64,000 bases of DNA from the NCBI GenBank assembly GCA_037134895.1, contig JBAXLI010000008.1, forward strand, positions 17,294 to 81,293, written 5' to 3'. The position numbers and the translations under genes are program-made. This stretch comes from Bacteroidota bacterium (lineage in GTDB: Bacteria > Bacteroidota > Bacteroidia > Bacteroidales > FEN-979). How positions within the stretch are numbered: position 1 is the stretch's first letter; every line of letters begins with the position of its first letter. Under the pieces are notes generated by a model that was not told where the DNA came from, ran no database searches, and saw only the letters and a list, made by a program, of their open reading frames with translations. Below are positions 9,138 through 18,682 of this stretch, in pieces.

Positions 9138-10519
9138 TTCTTCTGAGCTTTTTTTCCGAACAAATACTGAATCCCTATATCCAGCCCGAATGCCTGGGAA
9201 GTTCGTTTGCCGTTTTCTCCGGACTGGTTGGGTGATGTCAGGTAATATTTATAATAAGGATTGATCATCAAACCCCAGTTTTTGGTTATCTGGTAACCGA
9301 TATTCAGTTTCACCCAGAGTTGCCAGTTGGTCGACAGTCGTGGAGGAGTATTGTCCTGCAGCAGGATAAGCCTTCCGTTCGGTATGTTTATCTCAGGCTC
9401 TGCTTTTTTCTCATTGATGAGTATTGTCAGAGCGGGACCGGCTTCAAAACCAAGCGAGAACCGGGGAGTTTCCAGCACAGTGTAGCCAAGCAGAACGGGG
9501 ATCTGAATATAAGTATACCGGTTACGGGTTCTGTCATCGGCTATATGCGTCACACTGTCGTAAATGGTATGATTTTTTGTGATGTAAATGATATTTGAAG
9601 GATTTGCCGGATCGGTGTAATACCCGATCACTTCCCTGAAATAACTTACGCTGTCATTACTTTCGTAGTGAACTTTGTACACACCTTCATCATAGGTGTA
9701 ACCGATGCCAATACCGGTCCTGACAGAGAACCTTGAAAAATGGTAGCCTACCCCGGCATTTAACCAGTAATTGTAATCTCTTGTTGTTGAGCCATTTGAA
9801 TGGTATAACGCCATTTCAGGGGCGATGCCGGCATTGACCGAGAAGAAGGATGATGCCTGGGGTGTTTCTCTTACATATTTAAATACTTCTCCCGAACGAA
9901 TGAAACTTATGGTATCATCAGAAGGTAAAATCTCAAAGTTTGAAAAATCAATGGGAGTTATAAAATGCACAGATGCATCGGTAACAGTCATTTGGGAATT
10001 TATTTCTTCCTTTGAGGTTATGACCGGGGAAGGTTCAGATACGGCAGGCGTTATCGCTGGTTTATTATTATATGCCAGGAGGGTGGATTTTGTATCGGTT
10101 GAGGGCTTCCTGTCGGGGCTGACAAAAGATTTGTTTTCCCTTAAGGCAGGAGTTGATGGTGTTGAGGCAACAAGCCCGGGTTGTGATTTAACAGCCTGTT
10201 CGACTGGAACAGAGATGGCTGCCTCTTTGTTAAAGGCAGAGGTTGGATTGGCAATCAGTGCAGCTTCGTAAGGAGCCTCCGTGCGCAGCGCCCAATAAGT
10301 CAGAGATGCGAGAATGATCAGTCCTCCGGATGCTGAAAGGAGCGCAAGCGGGGGCACATTAGTGAAATTGAAATGCATCAATTCCCTGATCAGCAACTTC
10401 CAGTTCAGGGCCCTCCATACACGGGGAGAAGGAGTAAACTCCTGCTTTCCAATGGCTTCCCTGAACAGGTTGTCAAGATCTTTTCCGGGACCGGAATTCA
10501 GATTTGAAGGTTCAGTCAT
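9134..10519 (-). CDS. Membrane-anchored protein with a C-terminal outer-membrane beta-barrel-like domain (possible anti-sigma partner)
   Basis: 461 aa. It overlaps the downstream gene by 4 nt and follows an ECF sigma gene. It has one TM helix after a cytoplasmic N-terminus. The C-terminal half shows an alternating aromatic/Gly beta-strand pattern ending in ...GLDIGIQYLF. Confidence 0.5.
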   Translation of the reverse strand: MTEPSNLNSGPGKDLDNLFREAIGKQEFTPSPRVWRALNWKLLIRELMHFNFTNVPPLALLSASGGLIILASLTYWALRTEAPYEAALIANPTSAFNKEAAISVPVEQAVKSQPGLVASTPSTPALRENKSFVSPDRKPSTDTKSTLLAYNNKPAITPAVSEPSPVITSKEEINSQMTVTDASVHFITPIDFSNFEILPSDDTISFIRSGEVFKYVRETPQASSFFSVNAGIAPEMALYHSNGSTTRDYNYWLNAGVGYHFSRFSVRTGIGIGYTYDEGVYKVHYESNDSVSYFREVIGYYTDPANPSNIIYITKNHTIYDSVTHIADDRTRNRYTYIQIPVLLGYTVLETPRFSLGFEAGPALTILINEKKAEPEINIPNGRLILLQDNTPPRLSTNWQLWVKLNIGYQITKNWGLMINPYYKYYLTSPNQSGENGKRTSQAFGLDIGIQYLFGKKAQKK

Positions 10520-10524
10520 AAATT

Positions 10525-11082
10525 CTACAAATTCTTTTTCAATCTCGTTTCTTCAATTTTGTTTTTAAGCCATCTTCTGGCTTTAAAGAGTTGCGTTTTT
10601 GATGTGTTTTCCGATATTCCCAGAGTTTCTGCAATCTCCTTATGCCCGTAATCCTCGAAAACATGCAGGTTGAAAACCGTACGGTAACCAATAGGCAGTT
10701 CCTGTATCAGCTTCAACAACAATGCCGGGTTATACTCATCGGGGAACTCAATGGTTTCATTTATGTTCAGAATTTCAGTTTCCCTGATCTCATCAATCTT
10801 TTCATGCCTTGCAATCTTGTTCCTTTTATTAATATAATTGATTGCATGGTTGACTACAACCCGTTTAATCCAGCCGGCCAGAGAACCTTCGCCACGGAAG
10901 GAGTGAATGTTCTGAAAAACCTTGATGAAAGCCTCCTGTAAAATGTCTTCAGCTTCATCCCGGTCTCTGCAGTACCGCATGCAAACGCAAAGCATTGCAG
11001 GGGCGAATGTTTCGAACAAAGTTCGTTGCGCCTTGCGCTTGCCGGCAATACAGTCCTTCACTATGTGTTCATCGATGACCAT
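10525..11082 (-). CDS. ECF-type RNA polymerase sigma-70 factor
   Basis: 185 aa and a paralogue of 6988..7518 (..EAEDILQEAFIKVF.., ..YRTVFNLHVFEDYGHKEIAETLGISENTSKTQLFKAR..). Confidence 0.85.
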   Translation of the reverse strand: MVIDEHIVKDCIAGKRKAQRTLFETFAPAMLCVCMRYCRDRDEAEDILQEAFIKVFQNIHSFRGEGSLAGWIKRVVVNHAINYINKRNKIARHEKIDEIRETEILNINETIEFPDEYNPALLLKLIQELPIGYRTVFNLHVFEDYGHKEIAETLGISENTSKTQLFKARRWLKNKIEETRLKKNL

Positions 11083-11163
11083 TAACAGGACTAATTTGAA
11101 GACAAACCTTATTTCACAGGGTTGCCTGAATCTCTATTTATCTATTGGTTTAACATTACCATA

Positions 11164-11787
11164 TCAGTCAAGTGCCTCACGGAATTTACCGAAATTCTTC
11201 TCGAAAAAATCCCTCCCCTTGCTGCTCATAATTCCCTGGAGATGATACACAAACAATTCGTGAAAAACCTCAAAGGAATTCAGTTCATCAGTTGAAAAAA
11301 GCTCATTGTCGGCAAGATTCTCTATCCTGAACATATGAAGCCGGGCAAGGATATCCTCATTCAGGTCCTTCCTGTAAAGGCCTTCCTTTTTACCCTTTTT
11401 CATATTGATCAGGCTGTTTCCAACCATCGCCGATCGCCTGGCTTCCCTTACCCTGGTGTACAGGTCAGGATAGTACTTCCGGATATCATAATCCATAGAC
11501 TGATTGTAATCCTGGATCATCTTTTTTATCGACTTATACATCTCAAACAATTCTTCAATCGCATTAAGTTTTCTCTTCATGATTTCTTCAAAAACCATGC
11601 AATTGCCTGAATGCTCTGCATCAAGAACCTTGGTTACAAGATCCTTTTTATCCTGAAAATATTCGTATAAGGTTTTTTTTGAAATGCAGAGATGGTGAGC
11701 AACATCATCCATTGTTACACTTTTGATGCCGTAACGGTGGTATAGTTTGCTCACATGGCTTAAAATACCCTGTACTTTGTCGTTCAT
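11164..11787 (-). CDS. TetR/AcrR-family transcriptional regulator
   Basis: Start trimmed to ATG 11787 (MNDKVQGIL..), which removes the overlap with the upstream gene. The N-terminal HTH is YGIKSVTMDDVAHHLCISKKTLYEYFQDKKDLV. It is a paralogue of 20087..20701. Confidence 0.8.
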   Translation of the reverse strand: MNDKVQGILSHVSKLYHRYGIKSVTMDDVAHHLCISKKTLYEYFQDKKDLVTKVLDAEHSGNCMVFEEIMKRKLNAIEELFEMYKSIKKMIQDYNQSMDYDIRKYYPDLYTRVREARRSAMVGNSLINMKKGKKEGLYRKDLNEDILARLHMFRIENLADNELFSTDELNSFEVFHELFVYHLQGIMSSKGRDFFEKNFGKFREALD

Positions 11788-11858
11788 ACATACAAAGGTA
11801 TTAAAATAAAATCCGGGAAACTTTTTTTGGGTAAAAAGTTTAAGTTGAGGCCCGCTGA

Positions 11859-13724
11859 TCAGTGCTGGTAAATCTTCGCCTGATTCCTGTAGCCGGGAAG
11901 ATTTTTGTACCAGTCGGGATATAATGATCCGCCCGATGTAGCCCACTCTGCCATCCGCAGATAAGCTGTAAGAATATCCGCAGATTCCACAGCATAATCA
12001 AAGTTTTCATAAATGCTGATAGCCCAGGGGAGATTGTTTGAGGTTTTATAATACCTTCCCTGTCCCGGGATGCTGGAATCGTTTCCGGTTCCAAAATATG
12101 CAGCATTCGCAAGCGCAGTAGGAGCCTGGTCAGGAAGGTGTACCTCTTTTCCCCGGTCCCCGTTTAAGATAATGAATGGATTAAAGCCTGCAATGTTCAG
12201 ATCTGCAATCGAATAAAGGTTAGGACTGAAGGTCATTGTCAGGTTGACGACAACCGGTTGCACATAAGGCAGGCCGGGCAAGGTATTTATCATCCCAGAA
12301 GTAGTGCCAAACGATTTAAAGTCATCGTCAGTTACAATTACTGTCGGTTTGTTCTGCCCCGATTCCAGGCCGTTCGGATCCAGGCTGATATAATTATCAA
12401 AAAGTGTATATCCTGCAGCACTTATTGCGGATGAGGGGATGTTGCTACCCGTAAGCTGAAACCCGAAACCGCTTGGGAAAGAAGCTCCAACGGCTCTCAG
12501 GGTAAACACTCCGTCACATTCGACTACCTTGTTCTGGGCATTGGTGATAGTGTTGAAACGGTAGTTCACCACCAGGTCGTTGAAATCATAATCCCCCTGG
12601 TTGGGCCAGAGATCCTCAAAGGCAAGGCTTCCGTCAGTGGTCGCCGGAAAAAAATTATTGAAGGCTCTTAGAGGATCATTGGGGTAATCATCATAGCTGT
12701 TTGGAACCCCGTCACCATCTGTATCGCTGTTGAGTGAATAACTTACATCAGTATTGAAAACAGCTCCCGTAATGGTGCCGTCGTAATGGTCTGAGGACGC
12801 ATCATATGCTGTTGTTCCGCTTCCTTCGTTGAAATGCCATAGCGCTTTGATCCCGGTCTCATTGCCGGTCCATGGAACCGACATGCTGGTCGTCACCTGC
12901 TGGGCACTTAAGGCAGTCGTCCATATACTTACTTCGTCAATCAGGCCCTGGAAGAATTTTTGCCCTCCGTTATCCGATCCTATTGAAATGGTCCTGCCGT
13001 TGTTCACAAGGACTGAACTTACAGGGGCTGAATTTTTAAGTATACCGTTCACGTAAAGGAAAAGTGTTGTGCCGTCATACACTCCTGCAAGATGGTACCA
13101 GGTGTTAAGTGTCGGCTGGCCCGCACCCCAATTGATCATGGCACTGGTGAAATTTCCAAGGTATATGCTCACCTGGAATCCTTTGTAAACGTCCTGTCCC
13201 AAACCGCAACCATCCCAGTCGCCTTTCTGCAAGATTTTTACTGACTGCTGACGGGTTGGTTTTACCCATGCTTCAAAAGAACATTTATTCGGGAAAGAAA
13301 GTCCGGCCGAATTGGGCATCTTGATCCAGTCGGTCGTCCCGTTGAAATTCATGGAATAATTGACTGAAACGCTTTTTACCGAAGGAAATGTGAAATCGGT
13401 TAATGGTCTTCCAAGCGGAACCTGTATCGAATTGATCATTACCTGTGTCTCATAAGTGGGAACTGCAACAGAAACGATGTATTCGTTTGTACTGGATGCA
13501 AAGAACATCTTAAGCAGCAGCATGCTTTCATCTCCTGAGGAAATCCTAAGGACCCCGGAAGGAATATTATGAAGCCTGAATTGTATGTTTTCTGAAGTGC
13601 TCCAGCTGAAACTGTTTGGCGCTTTCAGGTTTTTCATTCCCTGCTGAGGGGTGTCAGATGTTTTCTTGTTGCATGAAGATGTAATGATCAGTGAAAGTAT
13701 CAGAAGGCAGGCCAGTTTTTTCAT
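11859..13724 (-). CDS. Lipoprotein with a LamG (concanavalin-A-like lectin) domain and an LruC-type (DUF4842-like) domain
   Basis: Start taken at ATG 13724 (MKKLACLLILSLIITSSC lipobox); the track's 13745 start is TTG. LamG-like segment: ..NTWYHLAGVYDGTTLFLYVNG...LIDEVSIW.. LruC-like segment: ..DTDGDGVPNSYDDYPNDP...AFEDLWPNQGDYDFNDLVV.. Confidence 0.65.
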   Translation of the reverse strand: MKKLACLLILSLIITSSCNKKTSDTPQQGMKNLKAPNSFSWSTSENIQFRLHNIPSGVLRISSGDESMLLLKMFFASSTNEYIVSVAVPTYETQVMINSIQVPLGRPLTDFTFPSVKSVSVNYSMNFNGTTDWIKMPNSAGLSFPNKCSFEAWVKPTRQQSVKILQKGDWDGCGLGQDVYKGFQVSIYLGNFTSAMINWGAGQPTLNTWYHLAGVYDGTTLFLYVNGILKNSAPVSSVLVNNGRTISIGSDNGGQKFFQGLIDEVSIWTTALSAQQVTTSMSVPWTGNETGIKALWHFNEGSGTTAYDASSDHYDGTITGAVFNTDVSYSLNSDTDGDGVPNSYDDYPNDPLRAFNNFFPATTDGSLAFEDLWPNQGDYDFNDLVVNYRFNTITNAQNKVVECDGVFTLRAVGASFPSGFGFQLTGSNIPSSAISAAGYTLFDNYISLDPNGLESGQNKPTVIVTDDDFKSFGTTSGMINTLPGLPYVQPVVVNLTMTFSPNLYSIADLNIAGFNPFIILNGDRGKEVHLPDQAPTALANAAYFGTGNDSSIPGQGRYYKTSNNLPWAISIYENFDYAVESADILTAYLRMAEWATSGGSLYPDWYKNLPGYRNQAKIYQH

Positions 13725-13889
13725 ATCGGAGCGTAATTGATGCAAATGTAATGCAAGGAAAGGCAGAGATCAAGCTGCTTTTAGCAAGTGTAGCTGTTTT
13801 GATGGTTTTTGTATACCGGCCCCGTGAAAATTTGCAGGTGAACCGGAAACGATTTCTCTATAAATAGTTTTTGAGTCAGGGAAATTTAA

Positions 13890-13897
13890 TATCTTTG
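13890..13897 (+). promoter_or_regulatory. Match to the Bacteroidetes -7 promoter element (TATCTTTG) upstream of the RND adaptor gene
   Basis: The motif lies 53 nt upstream of ATG 13951. A TTTG at 13870..13873 is 16 nt upstream, which is shorter than the consensus spacing. Confidence 0.35.
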
Positions 13898-13950
13898 CCA
13901 CTACTAATATTGAACCGACTTTTAAAGAATAAAATAATAAACTGAACGAA

Positions 13951-15072
13951 ATGAAGAAGATACTTTGGATCAGCGGGATGATTCTTTTTCTTGTTTCCTG
14001 CGGAGGAAATTCAGGGAACAAAGAAGCCAGGCTGGATGACCTTAAAAAGCAAAGAGATAAGCTTACTACTGAGATAACGAAGCTTGAAAATGAAATAAAT
14101 CCACAGGGAACCCAAACCGCAACGCTTGTAAAGTCTATGACTTTGAAAAAGGGTCCGTTTGAGCATTTTATAGAAGTACAGGGTCGTATCGACGGCAATG
14201 AAAATATTGGCGTTGTACCCAGGAACCAGGGAGGAGTTGTTACTAAGATATTTGTCGCACAGGGGGACCATGTTACTGCCGGTCAGGTGCTTGCCGAACT
14301 TGACAATGAAGTTTTGAAACAATCGAAGAAGGAACTCCAGACAGCACTTGATTATGCGACCGATATGTATAACCGCCAGAAGAACCTCTGGGATCAGAAG
14401 ATCGGTTCCGAAGCCCAGTACCTTGCTGCAAAAAATTCGAAAGAATCACTTGAACGCAAGATGAATACCTTGCAGGACCAGCTCGATATGTCGACGATCG
14501 TTTCACCAATCGACGGCACGGTTGAGGATATCCCGATCAAAGTAGGGCAGATGGCATCGCCTGCTTCAACCCAGCCTTGTTTCAGGATTGTGAACTTTTC
14601 CAGGGCAAAAGCAATTGCCGACGTAAGTGAAGCTTATTCCTCAAAAATCAAATCAGGTGACCCGGTAAAGGTGTTTTTGCCGGACCTGGATACCGAGATA
14701 AGCGCGACGGTTACATTTTCGAGCAAATACATTAATCCCACCAACCGCACGTTCATCGTCGAAGCCTTGCTTCCCCCTTCACCCTCACTAACTTTCAGGG
14801 CCAATATGATTGCAGTGGTCAGGATCAAGGATTACAGCAACCCGGGCAGCCTTACAGTCCCCCAGAATTACATACAATCGGGACGTGATGATGGCCACTT
14901 TATTTTCGTGGTTGAAGAGAAGGATGGGAAGTTTTATGCCAGGAAGCGTACAGTTACAACCTTCATTACCTATAACGGGCTTACCGAAATCATCGACGGG
15001 CTTAATGAAGGGGATAAAATCATTACAACAGGGTTTAAGGACTTGTATGACGGTCAATTGATTGCCTTATAA
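13951..15072 (+). CDS. RND efflux periplasmic adaptor (membrane fusion protein, HlyD family)
   Basis: 373 aa with a lipoprotein signal (LFLVSCGG), a coiled-coil hairpin, and a lipoyl/beta-barrel pattern (..VAQGDHVTAGQVLAELD.., ..IVSPIDGTV..). Confidence 0.85.
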   Translation: MKKILWISGMILFLVSCGGNSGNKEARLDDLKKQRDKLTTEITKLENEINPQGTQTATLVKSMTLKKGPFEHFIEVQGRIDGNENIGVVPRNQGGVVTKIFVAQGDHVTAGQVLAELDNEVLKQSKKELQTALDYATDMYNRQKNLWDQKIGSEAQYLAAKNSKESLERKMNTLQDQLDMSTIVSPIDGTVEDIPIKVGQMASPASTQPCFRIVNFSRAKAIADVSEAYSSKIKSGDPVKVFLPDLDTEISATVTFSSKYINPTNRTFIVEALLPPSPSLTFRANMIAVVRIKDYSNPGSLTVPQNYIQSGRDDGHFIFVVEEKDGKFYARKRTVTTFITYNGLTEIIDGLNEGDKIITTGFKDLYDGQLIAL

Positions 15073-15088
15073 TCTGATTTGCAAAGCC

Positions 15089-18000
15089 ATGAAGAAACCT
15101 GAAAAAATCAAAGAATTTTTTGCTACCAGCTGGGCAATCGACAACAGGGCGAGTATTTATGTACTTACGATAATTATTACCATGCTGGGAGTGATATCCT
15201 ACATGAATATACCGAAAGAGCAGTTCCCCGAAATTGTCATCCCAACCATCATAGTTAACACAGCCTATCCCGGGACCTCTCCCGAGGATATGGAGAACCT
15301 TGTGACCCGGCCGATCGAAAAACAGGTAAAATCCCTGCAGAACGTCAAGAAGATCAGTAGTAATTCCATTCAGGATTTTTCCTCCATCGTAGTCGAGTTC
15401 ACGACCGGCATTCCGGTACCTGAAGCCAAGCAGAGGGTCAGGGATGCAGTTGACAAGGCTAAATCAAGCCTTCCGAACAACCTGCCGAAGGACCCTGATA
15501 TCGCCGAGGTTGACATCTCCGAAATACCTATCATGAACATCAACCTCTCGGGTGATTACGACCTGCAAAGGCTGAAGAAATATGCCGAAGAAGCCCAGGA
15601 CAAGATTGAAACGCTGCCTGAAATAACAAGGGTGGATATCGTAGGGGCGCTTGACAGGGAGATCCAGGTCGATGTTGATATGTACAAGATGCAGGCGGCC
15701 AGCGTATCGTTCAGGGATATCCAGAATGCTATCGCCGCTGAAAACGTCACGGTGTCGGCAGGTAATATCACCAACTACGGGATGAAACGCACGCTCAGGG
15801 TCACCGGACAGTTCAAATCTCCGGCTGAGATCAATGACATCATCCTCAAGTCGTCCAGCGGAGCTACGGTATATATCAAAGATATCGCCGAAATAAAGGA
15901 TTCATATAAGGACCAGGAGAGTTTTGCCCGTTTTGAAGGCAAGAATGTGATCACACTGAATGTGATCAAGAAAAGCGGGGCAAACCTTCTGAATGCCTCC
16001 GACAAGATCAAGGATTTTATCAGTGACCTCAAAAAGAATTCTTTCCCTCCTGATCTTAAAGTCGAACTTACCGGTGAACAGTCAAGGTTTACACGCAGCA
16101 CACTGGAGGAGCTTAATAACACCATCATTATAGGCTTCCTGCTCGTTACTCTTGTTCTCATGTTTTTCATGGGTCTGAACAACGCATTCTTTGTTGCCAT
16201 GTCAGTTCCCTTATCGATGTTTGTGGCCTATCTTGTGATGCCCGGGCTGGGTTTTACCATGAATATGATCGTCATGTTCGGGTTCATTTTCGCCCTGGGT
16301 ATCATTGTCGATGATGCTATCGTTGTGATAGAAAACACCCACCGTATTCACCGGTTTATTCCGGATATAAAAACGGCGGCGAAACATGCTGCCGGGGAGG
16401 TCTTTCTGCCTATCCTGTCGGGAACGCTTACAACCCTGGCACCGTTCTTTCCACTGGTATTCTGGCCGGGCATTGTAGGGAAATTTATGCATTATCTGCC
16501 GGTTACCCTTATTTTGACACTGTTCGCCTCATTATTTGTGGCATATATCATCAACCCGGTATTTGCGGTCACTTTCATGAAACATGAATATGATGGCAAT
16601 GAATACAAGTTAAGGAAAAAGCCATTCCTTGTCAGCAGTATTATCCTGGGAGTCCTGGCTGCCTTGTTTTACCTGGCCGGTGTGTTTTTCATGGGGAACC
16701 TGCTTGCATTTGCCCTCATCCTCAACCTGGTTTACCGTTTGTGGATTAAAAATGCGATAATCGCGTTTCAGAGCAGATTATGGCCTGCCGTCCTGAATTT
16801 CTATGAAAAGCAGCTCCGGTTCTTTCTCAGGGGCCGTAATCCATATTACCTCTTCGCAGGCGTAATAGTGCTTTTTTTCTTCACGATTTATCTTTACGGC
16901 TTGTTCAAACCCCAGGTGTTGTTCTTCCCGAATAACAATCCGGCAACGATCAATATCTTTATAAAGATGCCGGTTGGGACAGACCAGAATGTAACCGACT
17001 CGGTAACCCGGATCGTCGAATCAAAGGTAGTTGCAACATTGGGCAAGGATAATCCCATTGTTGAGTCCATCATCGCCAATGTTGGATTCGGGGCAGGGGA
17101 AAGTTTCTTCGACCGTTCCATTTCGCCTGAAAAAGGCAAGGTCACTGTGGGCTTTGTTGAAAGCAAGGACCGCAAGGGAGTCAGGACTCTTGATTATATG
17201 GATCAGATCAGGAAGAATGTACAGAATATCCCCGGAGCCACGATTTCGGTTGAGAAGAACAAAATGGGACCACCCACCGGGAAGCCCATCAATATTGAGA
17301 TCACCAGTGATAACATCACTGACCTGATAAGTACTTCCAGGGATTTTCTCGGATACCTCGATTCACTCCAGATCCCCGGTATCGATAAGCTAAGGTCTGA
17401 TTTTGATGAAAGCAAGCCGGAAATCGTTCTTGAAGTTGACCGTATAAGGGCAAACCGTGAAGGCATCACTGTTGGGCAGATCGGAATGGAACTGCGGACT
17501 GCCATATACGGTTACGAAGCATCCAAGTACAAAGAGGATGAGGACGAATATCCCATCCAGGTAAGGTACTCCCAGGCTCAGCGTAAGAATATCAACAATG
17601 TAATGAATGCAAAGATCACCTATCGCGACATGAACAGCGGCCAGCTCAGGCAGATACCTATTTCGGCTGTAACCAAAGTCGATTACAAGGATACTTACGG
17701 AGGGATCAAACGAAAGAACCTCAAACGCGTCATTACATTATCTTCGGATGTTACCTCAGGACATACTGCCAATGAAGTTCTGGCAAACATCGGCGCTGCG
17801 CTTAAAACCTATAAACTTCCGAAAGGCGTTGAAGTGAATTTTACCGGTGAGCAGGAAGACCAGGCTGAAACTATGAAGTTCCTTATCAATGCAATGATCA
17901 TTGCACTCGGAATGATATTTTTCATCCTTATCACCCAGTTTGGCAGCCTCAGTAAAAGCCTCATCATCCTCAGCGAAGTTATTTTCAGCATCATTGGGGT

Positions 18001-18481
18001 TTTCATTGGAATGATTATTTTCAAGATGCCTTTTGTCATAACCATGACAGGCATCGGAATTGTAGCCCTGGGAGGTATTGTTGTCAGAAACGGGATCCTA
18101 ATCGTCGAGTTTGCCGATGTGTTAAAGGCCGAAGGGAAAACAACCCTCGAAGCCATCGTTGGCGCCGGCAAGACAAGGATTACCCCGGTTGCGCTTACAG
18201 CTACAGCAACCATGCTTGGGCTGGTACCACTCGCGGTGGGGTTCAACATCAATTTTGTTACCCTGTTCACCAAACTGAATCCTCATATATGGGTAGGGGG
18301 GGATAATGTGATGTTCTGGGGGCCTCTCTCATGGACAATTATCTTCGGCCTCAGCTTTGCAACCTTCCTGACCCTGATCTTTGTCCCGGCCCTGCTGCTG
18401 ATTGATGCAAAAGCCAAAGCCGGGTGGAGAAGGAAGCAGGAACTGAAACGGTACAGGAAACTACAGGCGAAGAAGGCTTGA
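15089..18481 (+). CDS. RND efflux transporter permease (AcrB/AcrD/AcrF family)
   Basis: Start trimmed to ATG 15089. 1130 aa with a 12-TM topology and two large periplasmic loops. Typical RND motifs are present (..ALGIIVDDAIVVIEN.., ..GIVVRNGILIVEF..). Confidence 0.9.
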   Translation: MKKPEKIKEFFATSWAIDNRASIYVLTIIITMLGVISYMNIPKEQFPEIVIPTIIVNTAYPGTSPEDMENLVTRPIEKQVKSLQNVKKISSNSIQDFSSIVVEFTTGIPVPEAKQRVRDAVDKAKSSLPNNLPKDPDIAEVDISEIPIMNINLSGDYDLQRLKKYAEEAQDKIETLPEITRVDIVGALDREIQVDVDMYKMQAASVSFRDIQNAIAAENVTVSAGNITNYGMKRTLRVTGQFKSPAEINDIILKSSSGATVYIKDIAEIKDSYKDQESFARFEGKNVITLNVIKKSGANLLNASDKIKDFISDLKKNSFPPDLKVELTGEQSRFTRSTLEELNNTIIIGFLLVTLVLMFFMGLNNAFFVAMSVPLSMFVAYLVMPGLGFTMNMIVMFGFIFALGIIVDDAIVVIENTHRIHRFIPDIKTAAKHAAGEVFLPILSGTLTTLAPFFPLVFWPGIVGKFMHYLPVTLILTLFASLFVAYIINPVFAVTFMKHEYDGNEYKLRKKPFLVSSIILGVLAALFYLAGVFFMGNLLAFALILNLVYRLWIKNAIIAFQSRLWPAVLNFYEKQLRFFLRGRNPYYLFAGVIVLFFFTIYLYGLFKPQVLFFPNNNPATINIFIKMPVGTDQNVTDSVTRIVESKVVATLGKDNPIVESIIANVGFGAGESFFDRSISPEKGKVTVGFVESKDRKGVRTLDYMDQIRKNVQNIPGATISVEKNKMGPPTGKPINIEITSDNITDLISTSRDFLGYLDSLQIPGIDKLRSDFDESKPEIVLEVDRIRANREGITVGQIGMELRTAIYGYEASKYKEDEDEYPIQVRYSQAQRKNINNVMNAKITYRDMNSGQLRQIPISAVTKVDYKDTYGGIKRKNLKRVITLSSDVTSGHTANEVLANIGAALKTYKLPKGVEVNFTGEQEDQAETMKFLINAMIIALGMIFFILITQFGSLSKSLIILSEVIFSIIGVFIGMIIFKMPFVITMTGIGIVALGGIVVRNGILIVEFADVLKAEGKTTLEAIVGAGKTRITPVALTATATMLGLVPLAVGFNINFVTLFTKLNPHIWVGGDNVMFWGPLSWTIIFGLSFATFLTLIFVPALLLIDAKAKAGWRRKQELKRYRKLQAKKA

Positions 18482-18682
18482 TGCGGGATGCAAGATGCAG
18501 GATGCAGGATGCGGGATGCAGGATGTGGGATGCAGGATGCGGGATGCAGGATGCGGGATGCAAGATGCAGGATGTACGGATTACGATGTACGAATTAGTA
18601 TGGGTTCGCAGCACCTTAGCAGCCCTGGTAAGTGTGCTGCGAAGCAACAACAAATCCCTAATCCCTAATCCCCAATCCCCAA
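18480..18682. repeat. Heptamer array locus L2: class C x13, degenerate class B' x4, core stem-loop, class A' x4
   Basis: Class C runs 18480..18570 as GATGCRR x13. Then 18571..18598 reads GATGTAC GGATTAC GATGTAC GAATTAG. The core lies within 18599..18650. Class A' runs 18651..18682 as ATCCCTA x2 then ATCCCCA x2. The first unit overlaps the RND stop TGA (18479..18481), and the last unit ends 1 nt before the TolC stop. Confidence 0.95.
18605..18643. other. Core stem-loop of the composite element (L2 copy)
   Basis: TTCGCAGCAC (18605..18614) pairs perfectly with GTGCTGCGAA (18634..18643). An inner CTTA/TAAG pairing extends the stem. Confidence 0.75.

Noticed and set aside
13770-14198. 142-aa minus-strand ORF in the LruC/RND divergent region
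   Set aside because: It overlaps the start of the well-supported adaptor gene on the opposite strand and spans AT-rich promoter DNA. The sequence is low-complexity and hydrophobic with no motif.
18480-18682. Regularly spaced short repeats at this and ten other loci could suggest CRISPR arrays
   Set aside because: The units are 7 nt and directly abutting, with no unique spacers. Arrays are 60-200 nt long, and no cas genes are present. This is tandem-repeat architecture, not CRISPR.
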